DNA from: Octopus bimaculoides
Taxonomy: Eukaryota
Direction of reading: 5' to 3'
Length of the DNA stretch: 64,000 bases
NCBI RefSeq assembly: GCF_001194135.2
Contig: NC_068982.1
Coordinates: 2,306,480-2,370,479, forward strand
The notes beneath the pieces are model-generated. The model was given only the letters and a program-made list of their open reading frames with translations, was not told where the DNA came from and searched no databases. Within the stretch, counting starts at the first letter, position 1. Each line of letters opens with the position of its first letter. Below are positions 38,146 through 50,615 of the stretch, piece after piece. The position numbers and the translations under genes are program-made.

Positions 38146-38629
38146 AATATAAATATACGTATACACTAACACACACACATATACACACACACATACATAT
38201 ATGGAGGGAAAGAGTATGTATCGATAGATAAACATAGGCCTAATTGTGGGTGAGTATATGTTTGTGCGTCCCTATGTGGTAATACATGTAAATGACAGCA
38301 TGCATATTTTATATATATTTATTTTATGAAACACAAATTCGCAAAATTGCCATCAAGGGTCCATGATGACTTAACGCCATTATCAGCTCGGATCAGAATG
38401 AGAAAATAAGGAAGAAAGCCAAAAATGTCCCTTATAGTGACAATAGGTTGATGGTGCATCGATGTGTTATGGCTTCCTTCTCACGATGCAGTGTTTCTCA
38501 CTACGTGGCACGGCCACAAGACGCCAATGTCGTTATTTTACTATGGCAAGTTACCGAATAAATACAGTTAGGATCGTAATTATTTCAAAGGGAATTAAGA
38601 TAATACGAATGAAACTTTTATTCTCTTAT

Positions 38630-38795
38630 TCTTCTACTTCTTTCAGTCACTAGAATTTGGCCATGCTGGGGCAACGCCTTGAAGAATTTTTAGTCGTATA
38701 AATCGAGCCTAGTAATTACTTTTTAAAGCCTAGTACGTATTCCATCGGTCTGTTTTACCGAAACCCTAACTTGCAGGGAGATAAACAGCCACACG
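38630..38795 (-). mobile_element. SINE family A 3' half
   Basis: ggccatgctggggcaacgcc is the reverse complement of the family A tail. Confidence 0.7.
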
Positions 38796-38869
38796 CGCTC
38801 ACAAGCACGCGCACACACGCGCACACACACACACATACACACACACACACACACACAAACATTTATAGA

Positions 38870-39060
38870 TAGTGAGACTTTACAAAACAAAAAATAAAAG
38901 ACGAAGACGGGTGTGTAAACAAGAAACAGATGTATTAGTTTAACGCTCAGGAAGTGAGAAAGTCTTTTACGTTTCGAGCCTACGCTCGTCGACAGAAAGG
39001 AACACAGAAAGAAACAAGGAGAGAAAATAAAAAAGGTTTAGGGGCTAAACAACAATAGGA
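38870..39060 (-). mobile_element. Short Penelope-like or retrozyme repeat with a minimal hammerhead at 38964-38999
   Basis: Minus strand: CUUU CUGUCGA C GAG cguagg CUC GAAAC GUA AAAG (A6 to U); related to 23046. Confidence 0.65.
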
Positions 39061-39380
39061 GAAAGCAGAAAGTATAAAAAAGTTTAGAAAAGTTCAGAAG
39101 GTTCAAACGTTGTGGTGTATTGGAGCGATTTCTCATCAAAGAAGAGTCCAGTGTAGTCCATGGTTAGAAAAGGTGCAGCCGAAGTGTAGGAGTCCAGTCG
39201 TAGGAGAGTAGAAGAAAGTACAGGTAGAGAATCGAGGTAGAACTGTTCAGGAAAAGTTCGAAGTGGAGGTGGAGACAGGATAAAACTGGTGCGACCACGT
39301 GAGCGTGTAATGTATAGTGATATATATATATATATNNNNNNNNNNNNNNNNNNNNNNNNNNNNNNNNNNNNNNNATATAC

Positions 39381-39429
<49 letters not shown>

Positions 39430-40697
39430 TGTATGTATATATTTATGTATGTAAGTATGTATGCAGGCATGTATATAATTATAAGTTATAACATAAAATA
39501 GTTGAAGAAATGCTTACTATAGGTGTTTATTTTTTTATCAATAGAAACCAGAAAGTTATAAAAATATGTCCATCGATACTGTGACAATTGTTATGAATCT
39601 CTTCAAATTGAATCGAAAATTAAAGATTTAATATCAGTCAGGGTCAAAATTGTTTCACACAACATAGAGTAAAAATTTCAAATAATAATCATAGTGGGTC
39701 ATAGTTGTTCATATTTCATAGCTGACCTGAGTCTAAAATAGAAATGCTCGGAGAAAATTTTTTGAAAATGTTCATATATCTTTTAAATGTTTGATATTTT
39801 TTACTCTGGACTTGTTCTGCTAAATGGGAGTTAATACCGTTTGATGAGAGGATTACAATCTGACAAGTTATATTCGTAGTTACTTTAACATGTCTGTCCG
39901 TTCGAGCAGACTCTACTGCGATACTTTGACCCCAAGAAGACATCTCCTGACAATTAGTTTGGGCCGAAGCAGTTGTTAATTTATTTTTCTTTGGCAGTTT
40001 CCAAGATTATTCATATCCGACTGAGTATATGTTAAAGGCATCCTCTTTTGAAATGGTTATCGTAAACTCCAAAAACAACAAATTCTTTAGATCCTTACCT
40101 GCATGATTTTGGCAAATTGAAATTTCCTATATGTTTTATGCTACTGGAATTAACCGTAGTCTTATAAGGTATTTGTGGGAATAAATTACATCCGTTTCCA
40201 TACCAATGAAAAATTGTTGCTTCATAACTGATATCATTCAGTGGCATAAAAAAGGTCACCAGGGTTTCAAATAAAATATTTGAGAGTATTTTAATTGCCA
40301 CAAATCTTGTCAGGTTACATTTAAAAAAAAATGTATTGCTTTTCAAACTGTTTTGTTTTTACTTTGTATGCATCTCAAAATAACACTTTCAAAATACCTC
40401 AGAGATTGTTGCAATGGAAAATTTAAACAGAAACACTCACACTCGCGCACATTCTCTCTCTGTCTCTCACACTTATACAAACATTTTCTCCCTTTCTCTC
40501 TTACACATATACACACGCACATAGCTAGCATGTCATTGAAGATGATTATTGTAAAATCTGCACAATAAATTTTCATTCTAATATGGTCATTATGTCCCGT
40601 TCTAGAGAAATCATTTTGAGTCGTCACAGAAATTTGGTCCAGTTGCTTTACTTTTTCACTAAAACAACCTCAACGTATTTTTGAAGGAAAAAAAATG

Positions 40698-40754
<57 letters not shown>

Positions 40755-41409
40755 GTGTGTGTGTGTGCGTGTGTGTGTGTGTGTGCAATAAATAAACAAC
40801 GACAGATAAAAAACATATATGTATATTGAGGGTACAACCGGATGGGAGACAGATAGAGAGGGTCCCTAATTCTTCATCAGTTATCAACCAAATTGGTAAT
40901 ACTCAGTTTCGCACCATGGAGGGTAAGACTGGGAACTTCACATATTGGTGGTGCCTGCGAAAGTTGCAAAGAATGTCGGGCCTCAAGTAAACAAAACAGC
41001 ACAGATTGGACATATGAAAGTAGAAAAAATGTAATGTAAGACAATGCACAAAAGACGAACTAAACAGGAAACGAGCAAAATACGACCTTAGGGTCAAAAA
41101 GATAAGAATGGCGGGTAACACTTAGAAGAAATACTAAAGACTATGGCGACCAAGTGGCTGGGCGGCCGGTGTGAAAAAGGGAGAGAAAGAAGGAAAGCTG
41201 TCCACGGGTCACGCGTGAAGAGCAAGTAGAGGAGAAAGAGAGAGCGACAGAGAGAAAATAGAGAGGAAATAAGGGAAGAAATGAAGGCGGTACCGAGGGG
41301 TAATATTTATCTCCACCACTTAAACATGGATGCTCTGTTAGAAACAAGCTATACTGCGGTAGATACCATGAAAGAATCTCTGATGTAGGCTTTTGGTGTA
41401 AAATACACA

Positions 41410-41982
41410 CTTGTCTACATCACCAGCGGGGAGATAAATACCCACCATCTCCAGCACAAAGACCACCAGATCACGTGATTTCTAGCTTCTTTGATTTCAT
41501 CAATGTTGGACGCTTGGCCGCTACATATAGCAACGACTCACCTCCCCGTTAGTGAGATATAGAAAATCAGTGCCAGAAGAGGCACTAGTGTCCCGATTAA
41601 GGAGTGAGCTTGTTGAAAATTATATACTAGGGTCAGAGGCAGTATTAAACTGAGAGGTAATATTTGTTTTTCCCCTTCATCATGGATGCTCAGCGTCTGT
41701 GAGTATTTCTCTTATGGGCTCTACCGTGATAAAGTTTGTTCTAAGAGACCATCCCTGTTTAAGTGCCGAATATATTTCAACAAACTCAATGGCTAATCAC
41801 GACAGCAGTGTCAGTTCAGGCATTAATTTTCCATATATTACTAACGGCGAGATGAGTCACTGCACTCTCTAGCATCAAACGTCCATTATTGATGTGACTA
41901 AGGAAAGTCGAAATCATGTGATCAGGTAATCTTCGCGCTGGAGATAAAAGAAATTTATCTCCCCGCTAGCGATATAAACATG
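41410..41982. mobile_element. Old palindromic element, ~215-bp arms (41410-41625 / 41771-41982), with a decayed hammerhead in each arm
   Basis: Right arm: UUGAUGU GACU aaggaa AGUC GAAA UCAUGUGA UC; left arm has perfect palindrome ATCACGTGAT (41470-41479). Confidence 0.65.
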
Positions 41983-42361
41983 CGGGCATTTTGCGCCAAG
42001 AGCCTATAAGAGAGTTTCTCTGTCCATGCTTTGGGAGAGTAAATTTTGTTTTAACCGAACATTCACTTTTTAAGTGCAGATAAATAGTGCCTCTTGAAAG
42101 AACAACAAAAAATAATTGGAAAAGATATGAAAACTTTTTTCACAGTTTTACCCTATAGTCAAAAATTTTCCCTGTTCAAAGCATTAAAAACTAGAAAACA
42201 GTTTTTAAACCAAAGAACATGGATATAAAAAAAATATAATTGCAGTGCACCATCCGGAATTTCACCATGTCAAGTTTGATTTCATCGATTCAGTTTAGTG
42301 TCGTTAATATACACATATTTTAAAATGGAGTTTATCAGCAAGATTCGAATTAAGATAAAGA

Positions 42362-42414
<53 letters not shown>

Positions 42415-43020
42415 ATGCATATATATGCATCAATACAAAAACTGAATGCTTTGTAAATATGTCGAAAGGGTTACAGATATGAATATCGATGAATCTAAAA
42501 CATTATTTTCTATATTTAAAGGAATAGTTGTTGATAATTAATCATGTGCATTTTTGAAATTAGAAGACGGAAATGATACATGTATAGCGAAACAGACTGA
42601 ATAACCTCTGTTTATCAAAAATACATTTGACTGATATAACTAATTTCTAACAATTGTGATAATCCATACAAAATTTAGATAAATTTGAAAATCTCTTCAT
42701 TATATTAGCCATGAATTTACGGTCGACTCAATAGTATTTTTTTTAACCAACTGTATATCTATAAATAATATGCATTGGATGTAACATCGAAGTTCCGTTG
42801 CGAAAGAAGGGCCTCATATAGCCTTCAAATTTGTTTCATGCAGTTTTCAATCTACATAATGTGCATCTCTTGAACTTTTTTAACATAAACTTGATCCCCA
42901 CACTAAATCTTGTTTAGCAAAAAGTGAATCATTGTTCACAAATAACCCGTTAGAAAATATCTCTTGAAAAAGAAGTACAGCATCTACTCATATATTATAT
43001 TCTTGTTTGTTTGTTTGTTT

Positions 43021-43057
<37 letters not shown>

Positions 43058-43249
43058 TGTGTGTGTGTGTGCGTGTGTAAACGTGTGTGTCTGTGTGTTT
43101 TATTTGCTAACCTTTTCTTCCTCATCATATATCAAATCATTGTATACAAATGAAAAGAAAACGATATTGTTCTATACATACAAGATTACATCGCTATTCC
43201 TTTTGATGAAACTTTCAGAATCGACATGTAATATATGAACATAGACATA

Positions 43250-43505
43250 AAGGCACACACACACACACACACACATACACATACACACGCACACACACAA
43301 GACAAACGCACGCACGCGCGCATACACACACGTGCACAGGCGCACAGACACCAACGCACACACATGCAGAGGAACTCACACACATAAAACACACGCACGC
43401 ACACACACACACACATAAAACACACGCAGGCACACACACATAAAACACACGCACACGCACACACATAAAATACACACTCACACACACACACACACACGCA
43501 CATAT
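43250..43505. repeat. Degenerate (CA)n-rich simple repeat
   Basis: Read directly. Confidence 0.9.
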
Positions 43506-45880
43506 ATAAAGTATGTGTGTTATATCCATTAATGCGTATATATTTAGATATGTGTATGTACGGGAATAGCAACTGATTAATTATATGCCTTTGCATTTCA
43601 GAAATTTAACCATTCTTTCGCTGTTTGTATTCACAAAGCAATGAAATTATTATATTTAGAGATGCCAAGTCTTTTAACTCTGATACAAGCTGTGCACGAA
43701 ACCCCAATCCTCTCTCTAACATAAATCAATAAAACGCTTTAATGGAAAACACACTTTAGTACAAAGCTAAATAAAATTTGATGAATCGTTTAAGAAGTAA
43801 TTGTCATAGGATTGGCTGTTCCACTATTTTAAAGTATACTTAGTGTTTTGATATTTAAACTGGCAATAGCACAGCTGTTTTTTTTTTTTTTAATATTCAA
43901 TTGGCCTTATTGTTAAAACAGCCTTCCTGAAAATCAAATAAATAAAGAAGGAAAACATATGAACAGGTGTTGCAAACAGCATTAGTTGTCTCTTAAAATC
44001 GTTCAAATGATCAACCCAGCGAAAGATATGTTAACACACTGGGAATAGAAATTATTATTAGGGCAACCAAAGGTGAAGCTTGCTTTTATATGCATCGAAA
44101 AGATTTATTTGTTTGTAAATACCCATGATATTATTGAAACCTTGCTATATGCAGAAATTTACTTTAAGAGACTTGGTTAGTTATTCATTTGATGGCCAGA
44201 GAATTAAAGATATGTGTTTATTTCAGATAGAAGTTGGATATTTAAAAATTTATTACACAGTATGTATAGACATTAATATTCTGGCTATATTCCATTATTG
44301 TAGAATGTTAAATGTGTCCATAAATGATTTACGATTTTGTGAAATTTCAAACTTAATATCCAATTTGAGGTCTGCATCCAGTCTATGTTCATACTAGCGA
44401 AGTTTTTAATTAATTCCCGATAATGAGGAAGGGCTGCCCTTTCCTGAAACTCACCTATCTATAATGTAACTGATATTCGCCCTAATATGTTTGTAAAAAC
44501 AGATGTCATTCACGAACCACCGCATTTCTCAACTCTTACATAACTTGAGAAAATTTTAGCTTCGATTTGATTCAGAGCAAATGAATTATGTTAACGTAAA
44601 GTATCCTAGGGAGGACGGCATCTATTTTAATTGGACATTTATGAAATTTGATTGCTTGAAATTATTTGTCTATGTTTAACAAAGATCTGTATATTGACAA
44701 GTATTCAAAATGGGGATAAAACGCACCGAAATCATTAGAAGACAATGTTTGCAGAGTCTCACCAATGCACTTCAAAAATAATGCAAGATATAAGCAATAA
44801 CATCCCCAAATATTTATCGATAACAAAATTAATTTTTTAAATAGAAGAAAACACAGTATCAGAGGGAATCGGCAATAGTCAGCCGTGACACACTTATACT
44901 GCTGTCTCTTCGACAAAACAGGCGCACTCTTTGCATCTATAGCAGAAGATTGAGAGCGCCAGATTCGGACCCGTAAACTGTGAAATATAAGCCATTTCAT
45001 TATTTTGATTGACTGATTTATTGCCCAGCGTGCATTCAGTCGTGAATTTGTCATGAAGAATATGGATCATTTTCGAATTCATTTTCAGTCGCTTCTTCCT
45101 AAATCTTTTCTAAAGTTTGTGTGTCTCATTGCTCCGCTCGCTGCTCACGGTACCGCCACGATCCGGAAGGTCAAGGAAATTGACGCGCTTGTCGTAACAA
45201 AAATCAATGACTTTGACTTACTCTGCTTATCAATGGCTCTTGTACTTCTTCAGCTTGGACAAGAGGTAAAATGTAATCCACCAACAAAGCTTTTATTTCA
45301 AAATCTTTCATCCCGTGGAATTAGATCGAAGAAAAACATCTTGTATTCTTTGGCTTCAATCGCTTGCAGTATCTTAGAAAATCAAAATATACTTCCACAC
45401 TTATCTCCTGCAAATATGAAGATTACTGCCAAAGCATCCGCTTGCTGATACCTAACGTCCCAACGTGAGCAAATTCCGCACCACTTTCGTGGACTGTGGC
45501 TCGTCTGGCTGCAAAAATCAATTCATCCGTACGAATCGCTTACAATTCGTGTCAGGGTTCGCAGCCAGTGATTTCCCACCACTTGGGTTGTTTTTCATAA
45601 AGTTTTGCTGCATTTAACCTTAATGACACCAGCAACATCTATAATGTGTGTACAGTTGAATGAAGTCTCTGTACATGGTTCTTGTCGATTGTATCATCAC
45701 CCTAAATTTCCTATATCTCTCTTTGAATGTTAGAGAGTATGCAAAACTCCTTCGGGAAGAAATCAATGATAAAAGACAGCAAATTGCTTCTGCTTAAGAC
45801 CCTTTAATTGCCTCCATTGCATAACAACATGATTAAGAGTTATTATGTAAAGATATTCTAAAAACTGTATAGATATATGA

Positions 45881-46556
45881 GATATATATAAGAATTATAT
45901 ATAACAAGGGCGCGATGAGTATTAATGTTTTTTATAATGCACTATGAAAATCTAGTTTTAATTTTGTGTTTTCGGTGTACATTTTACTCTTATTTTTAGC
46001 AACGCTGGTGTTTCATAGCGCCCCTGTTATATATATTTCATATATATCTATTAATTTTGCCTATACGGTTTTTAGCTTGTGACCACTAACATTATTATCT
46101 CTCGTGAGTGTTAATGCTCTTTATTTAAAAATTCTATCCAGCTAGTTCGTTTTCTCAATGCGGCTTGGGCACAGAAACGAAAGCAAGCATTGGTTGAAGT
46201 GATAGATAGGTTTGTTACGAGTAGACGAGGCTGAAGAGAACCAAGTGCTTTTGACGCTAAATTCGAAATCATGATACCAGGTTAACTGGAGTTCTTTCTT
46301 GCAATTTTACAGAGGTAAGACGCAATCCTTGTTCACTTAGTTTTTTTTTCCAACCACGCCTGTTAAGATCTAGTGTTAATTTTGCCGCTTCGGAGTGTTT
46401 TTGACTCCTATTTTTAGCAAAACTGGAGCTTCATAGCGCCTTTGTTATATATAACTCTTATATATATCTACTAATGTTGCTTATACGGTCTTTAGTTTGT
46501 GGCCACTAACATTATTATGTCTCATGAGTATTAATATACTTTATATATTTAAAAAT
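45881..46556 (+). mobile_element. Element with ~185-bp direct repeats (45950-46130 / 46368-46556), a short inverted copy (45881-45918 vs 46431-46468) and a central hammerhead
   Basis: Aligned by eye; direct plus partial inverted layout resembles Penelope pseudo-LTRs. Confidence 0.7.
46229..46278 (+). ncRNA. Type I hammerhead, intact core, weak stem I; predicted cleavage after 46276 (AUA)
   Basis: GG CUGAAGA GAA [loop] UUC GAAA UCAUGA UA CC; palindromic stem III AUCAUGAU. Confidence 0.65.
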
Positions 46557-47359
46557 GTCGTATATATAGCAAGAATACAAATGACAGTGATTTCAAAGTG
46601 TTGTGTCTCCTAAGCTATCACGAGACTCTACTGAGCAACTCCACCCAAACTAGTTTAATTAATGTTTGGATCCCTGAAAAGCTACATTTCATAAAAGCTG
46701 AGCTAAAGGTTCAGATGCTGCACTCTCAACTATGACCTCCACATTTCCCATTCCCATAACAAAAGGTTAAATCATCCATTAATATTTCAATAAAACCAGC
46801 AACTAAATCTAGCAACATGTCTGTTGGCCAACAAACTTCCTCAACCATCTCCATTCTTTTGTGGACCCCTTAAAAAAAGTTAAACGCATGACTGAAGATA
46901 ACACACACACATAGACACACACGATTACCAAATTTTGCACGCATGATAAATTTCAAGCAATAAAACAATTCTAAATTTTATCAAATCTTCCATGACAGCC
47001 TACTTTTCAACCTGACTCTCATTCAACAGAGTTCAATCCTTAGCCAATCCCCACCCCCACCCATATTAACTTACCGCAGACTATATAAAGCCAAGATGAA
47101 CACGAGAATAGCACAAGCCAAAACATTGAAATCATTGACAATAGTCATCGTGTTAAAAGATTATGTGTTCTATATTGAGAGTTTAGCAATCATTCAATTT
47201 GAAATACTGAAGTTTATATTAGAACTTTGAAAAGTAATGATCTGGCGAAACCTGCAGCACGCCGGACCAAATTCTTCCGGTTTTGCTTCCGAGTTAGAAT
47301 TGCGTTGTTGCTTTTTTCCTCTACCTTGTTCTTGTTTGGGTTGACTATCTATCTATCTA

Positions 47360-47406
<47 letters not shown>

Positions 47407-48057
47407 NNNNNNNNNNNNNNNTATATAATGATGTTTTGCCAGTGCGTTCTATAGGCTATACAAAATTTCTATTTGTGTATGCATTATTTTAATAGGGTCA
47501 AATTCAGCGTGCCCTATATAATCCATTAACTGACAATTAATTTTTAATTACTTGAAATTATGAATGAATTGAGACGAAGAGCCAAGAATTTTAAAGAAAT
47601 TTCCTGTCTAGTGGGGAAAGCTAGGAAACTCATGAAATATCAATTTGCGAAAGATTAAATGGTGTCATGCAAGAGGAGAATCAATCTGATCTTTGGCAGC
47701 TCTGATTACTATTGAAGGAAAGTAGTTTTTGTCACGATAGGATTTGTATTTTTATGTAAAAATAATATTTATTATATAATTAAAAATAATTAATATTAAA
47801 ATCCAAGCTATCATAATTTGTGGGCATTTTAGTGAAATATATTTTTATAAAATTAATCTACAAGTAAAACCAAAAGAAGAAAATCTATTCTAAACGAAAA
47901 CAGTGTAAGAAAAGAATGCAGGATTCTTAGCGCGGTGAGTGAATCAGATGATTAATATCTAAGCTGAAAAATCTAGATTTTGTCACTTTTATACGACTTC
48001 CTCAGCGACTCATAGGCGTTAAGCCTATTGAACAAACAGGTATATGTGTGTACGTAT

Positions 48058-48129
<72 letters not shown>

Positions 48130-48130
<1 letters not shown>

Positions 48131-48375
48131 AAATGGGAGAAGAACGCAAAACATGCAGACAGGTGATACAAAAAAGGGACAACAAAACATCGAGATAGAC
48201 GATACACAGAAAACAAGGACGGGAAAAAAACGGAGAATGTTACACAAATACAAATAACAGGACATAACAACAGGTGTCTTTCGACTAAGGACGAATTAAA
48301 TTAAGCTGGCGTGTGTGGAAATAAAGCCTTACTGCAGGGATACAAGATTTCGAAGTCACAGGGAGGAATATATGA
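48130..48375. repeat. Probable unclassified dispersed repeat abutting (TA)n
   Basis: Purine-rich block that I recall as an Octopus repeat; no second copy in window; class unknown. Confidence 0.35.
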
Positions 48376-48419
48376 TAGGCAATATATTTCGTGTAGTTGA
48401 CTTCGTTATTTTATAATTT

Positions 48420-48610
48420 TCACATTAGCATTTTGCTGAATCAGCCATACATTCATATTGTAAATATATATGCTGACAATCTGGATTTAGCCAAAACATC
48501 AAGCGACGAAGTAGTCTCTACTGATGAGCTTGTAATTTTCAAGCAAATCTAGACTAGTATAGATATCTCATTTGGTGTGGGCGGCCATCTCCTCCAGTCA
48601 GTATATAAAA
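48420..48610 (+). mobile_element. Hammerhead-bearing repeat, copy 1 (GAAA damaged)
   Basis: UCUA CUGAUGA GCUUG uaauuuu CAAGC AAAU C UAGACUA GUA UAGA; about 70% similar to 50430-50615. Confidence 0.6.
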
Positions 48611-48779
48611 ATGTGCTTTGTTGCGGCTCTAAGGATTCTTAGCTCTTATTTCTAGCAATGTAGGTACTACACGGCACCCTCAGTCACAATTAACGACAAT
48701 CGAATGCAAACACACACACATGTATATATATCTGTGTGTGTGTGTGTGTGTGTGAGTGTGTGTGTGTGTNNNNNNNNNN

Positions 48780-48815
<36 letters not shown>

Positions 48816-48865
48816 TTGACATAAACAGCTAGGTGCAATCTAAATTCATAAAGGTAAACGCAATA

Positions 48866-50428
48866 CAGAGACTGCCATAATATAAGCTTCAGTAAGTACA
48901 AGTGTATTGAAATATTTATTATAGAAGATTAAGAACACGTTGAGACTAGATATTTAACACATTTAGATATATCTAATGTCTATCGTTCGTGAAAAGTTCA
49001 AGTCAACGGAATAAATATTTCGTAATTTATGAGGAAATGAACCAATAACCTCCCAAACTGCAACGGCCAAAATTAAAGGGTCACTTAGAAAACAATGAAA
49101 ATGGAACAAGAACAAAAACGAAACCCTTACTATTAATATTCTGTGAACATCTCTTTACTATCAACGACCTCCTGATATCCTGTCATCACAGGACTGAATT
49201 GATTTCTTGTAAAATGATGGAGTAATATTGTTCCATTCGTTTTTCAATAATCACCAGAGATGATCTTGGTTCTTTGGATGTCTCCTTCGTGCTCCATCTC
49301 CAATAATATTCCAAACGTTTTCTATAGGGTTCAGATTGAGACTTTGAGGTGACCAATCTATGAGATCAACCCCTTCATCACTCAAAAAATCTTCGCAATG
49401 TGACAGGGAGCGTTGTCCTGCACGCTCACAGGAAGTTGAACTGACAAGGATCGGAGATGTGAAAGGGCATGCTGTCTAAGAATTTGCTTGTATATTTCAG
49501 CCTTGACAGTCCCTTGTAGGCGAATAAGTGGACCAGGACCAGCAGCAGACATCGTTCCCCATACCATTACACTGCCTCCTCCATATTTCACTGTCTTCTT
49601 CACACATGCACGAGATAACCTTCCGCCACTTCGTACATCCCGTCAACAGAACCAATCACATTAACCTTCGATTCATCGCTAAATTGAACCTGCGACCACT
49701 GTTCTTTTATCCAAATGACATGTTAACGAGCGAAACACATACGGGCTCTTTGATTCTTCTTGGAGAACAGAGGATTCTTTGCCGGTACCCGTGCAAGCAA
49801 TCCAGAACCTCGTAACCTCCAAAAAACTGTTTTGCGCGATACGTTGACATCAGAATTGGTGCTAAACTCGCGGGATATCTCAGCAGCACTCTTAAGCCTA
49901 TCTTTCAGTGACATTCAAACTATAAAACGATCCTGTTTTGGTGAAGTTTTACAAGGTCTACCAGTTTAGAGTTTAGCTTCTGTTGATCTTGATGACTTAA
50001 AACGAGCTACAATTCGTTGCACGGCACTTCTAGACCTTCCTACAATACTTGCTATCACAGAATTTGACTTGCCCTCTTGTTGTAGACACACAATACTTTG
50101 TTTTTCTTCATAGGACACCGGTCGTCTCTCACAAGCAGCCATGTTGTCAGTTGAATGTTCCAATAATGTACGATCAGTCTTTTAAAATACAAATGCCTCG
50201 CTTAGTAGTTCATTTTTTTCTAAGTGACACCTTTTGGCCGTTGCAATTTGGAAGATTGTTTGTTTATTTCCTCATAAATTACGAAATATTTATACCATAC
50301 ACTTGACATTTTCACGAAAGATAGATATTAGGCATATCTAAATATGTGCAAAATATCTAGTCTCAAAGTGTTGTTAATCTATTTCAATACACTTGTTCTT
50401 ACGGACCCTTATATTATGGCCGCTACTC
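48866..50428 (-). mobile_element. Full-length decayed Tc1-like transposon (~1.56 kb) with ~230-bp terminal inverted repeats
   Basis: Transposase pieces GRPCKTSPKQDR, SRKTV..RL, VQFSDESK, KYGGGSVMVWG, QDNAPCH; TIRs 48866-49096 / 50210-50428; TA at left end. Confidence 0.9.
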
Positions 50429-50429
50429 T

Positions 50430-50615
50430 CACATCGTTTCGCTAAATCAGCCATAAATTTGTAAGGTAACTATATATACTAAAAGTCTGATTTAGCCAAA
50501 CATTAGAGCGATTGAGTAGTCACTGCTGGCAGGCCTACGACTAATGGCCGAAACTGGTCTAGTCCAGTGATCTCTACAGTCCTTCGTGGGGTGGTCATCT
50601 CCCCCGTCAGTGTAC
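50430..50615 (+). mobile_element. Hammerhead-bearing repeat, copy 2 (CUGANGA damaged)
   Basis: UCACUG CUGGCA GGCC uacgacuaau GGCC GAAAC UGGUCUA GUC CAGUGA. Confidence 0.6.
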
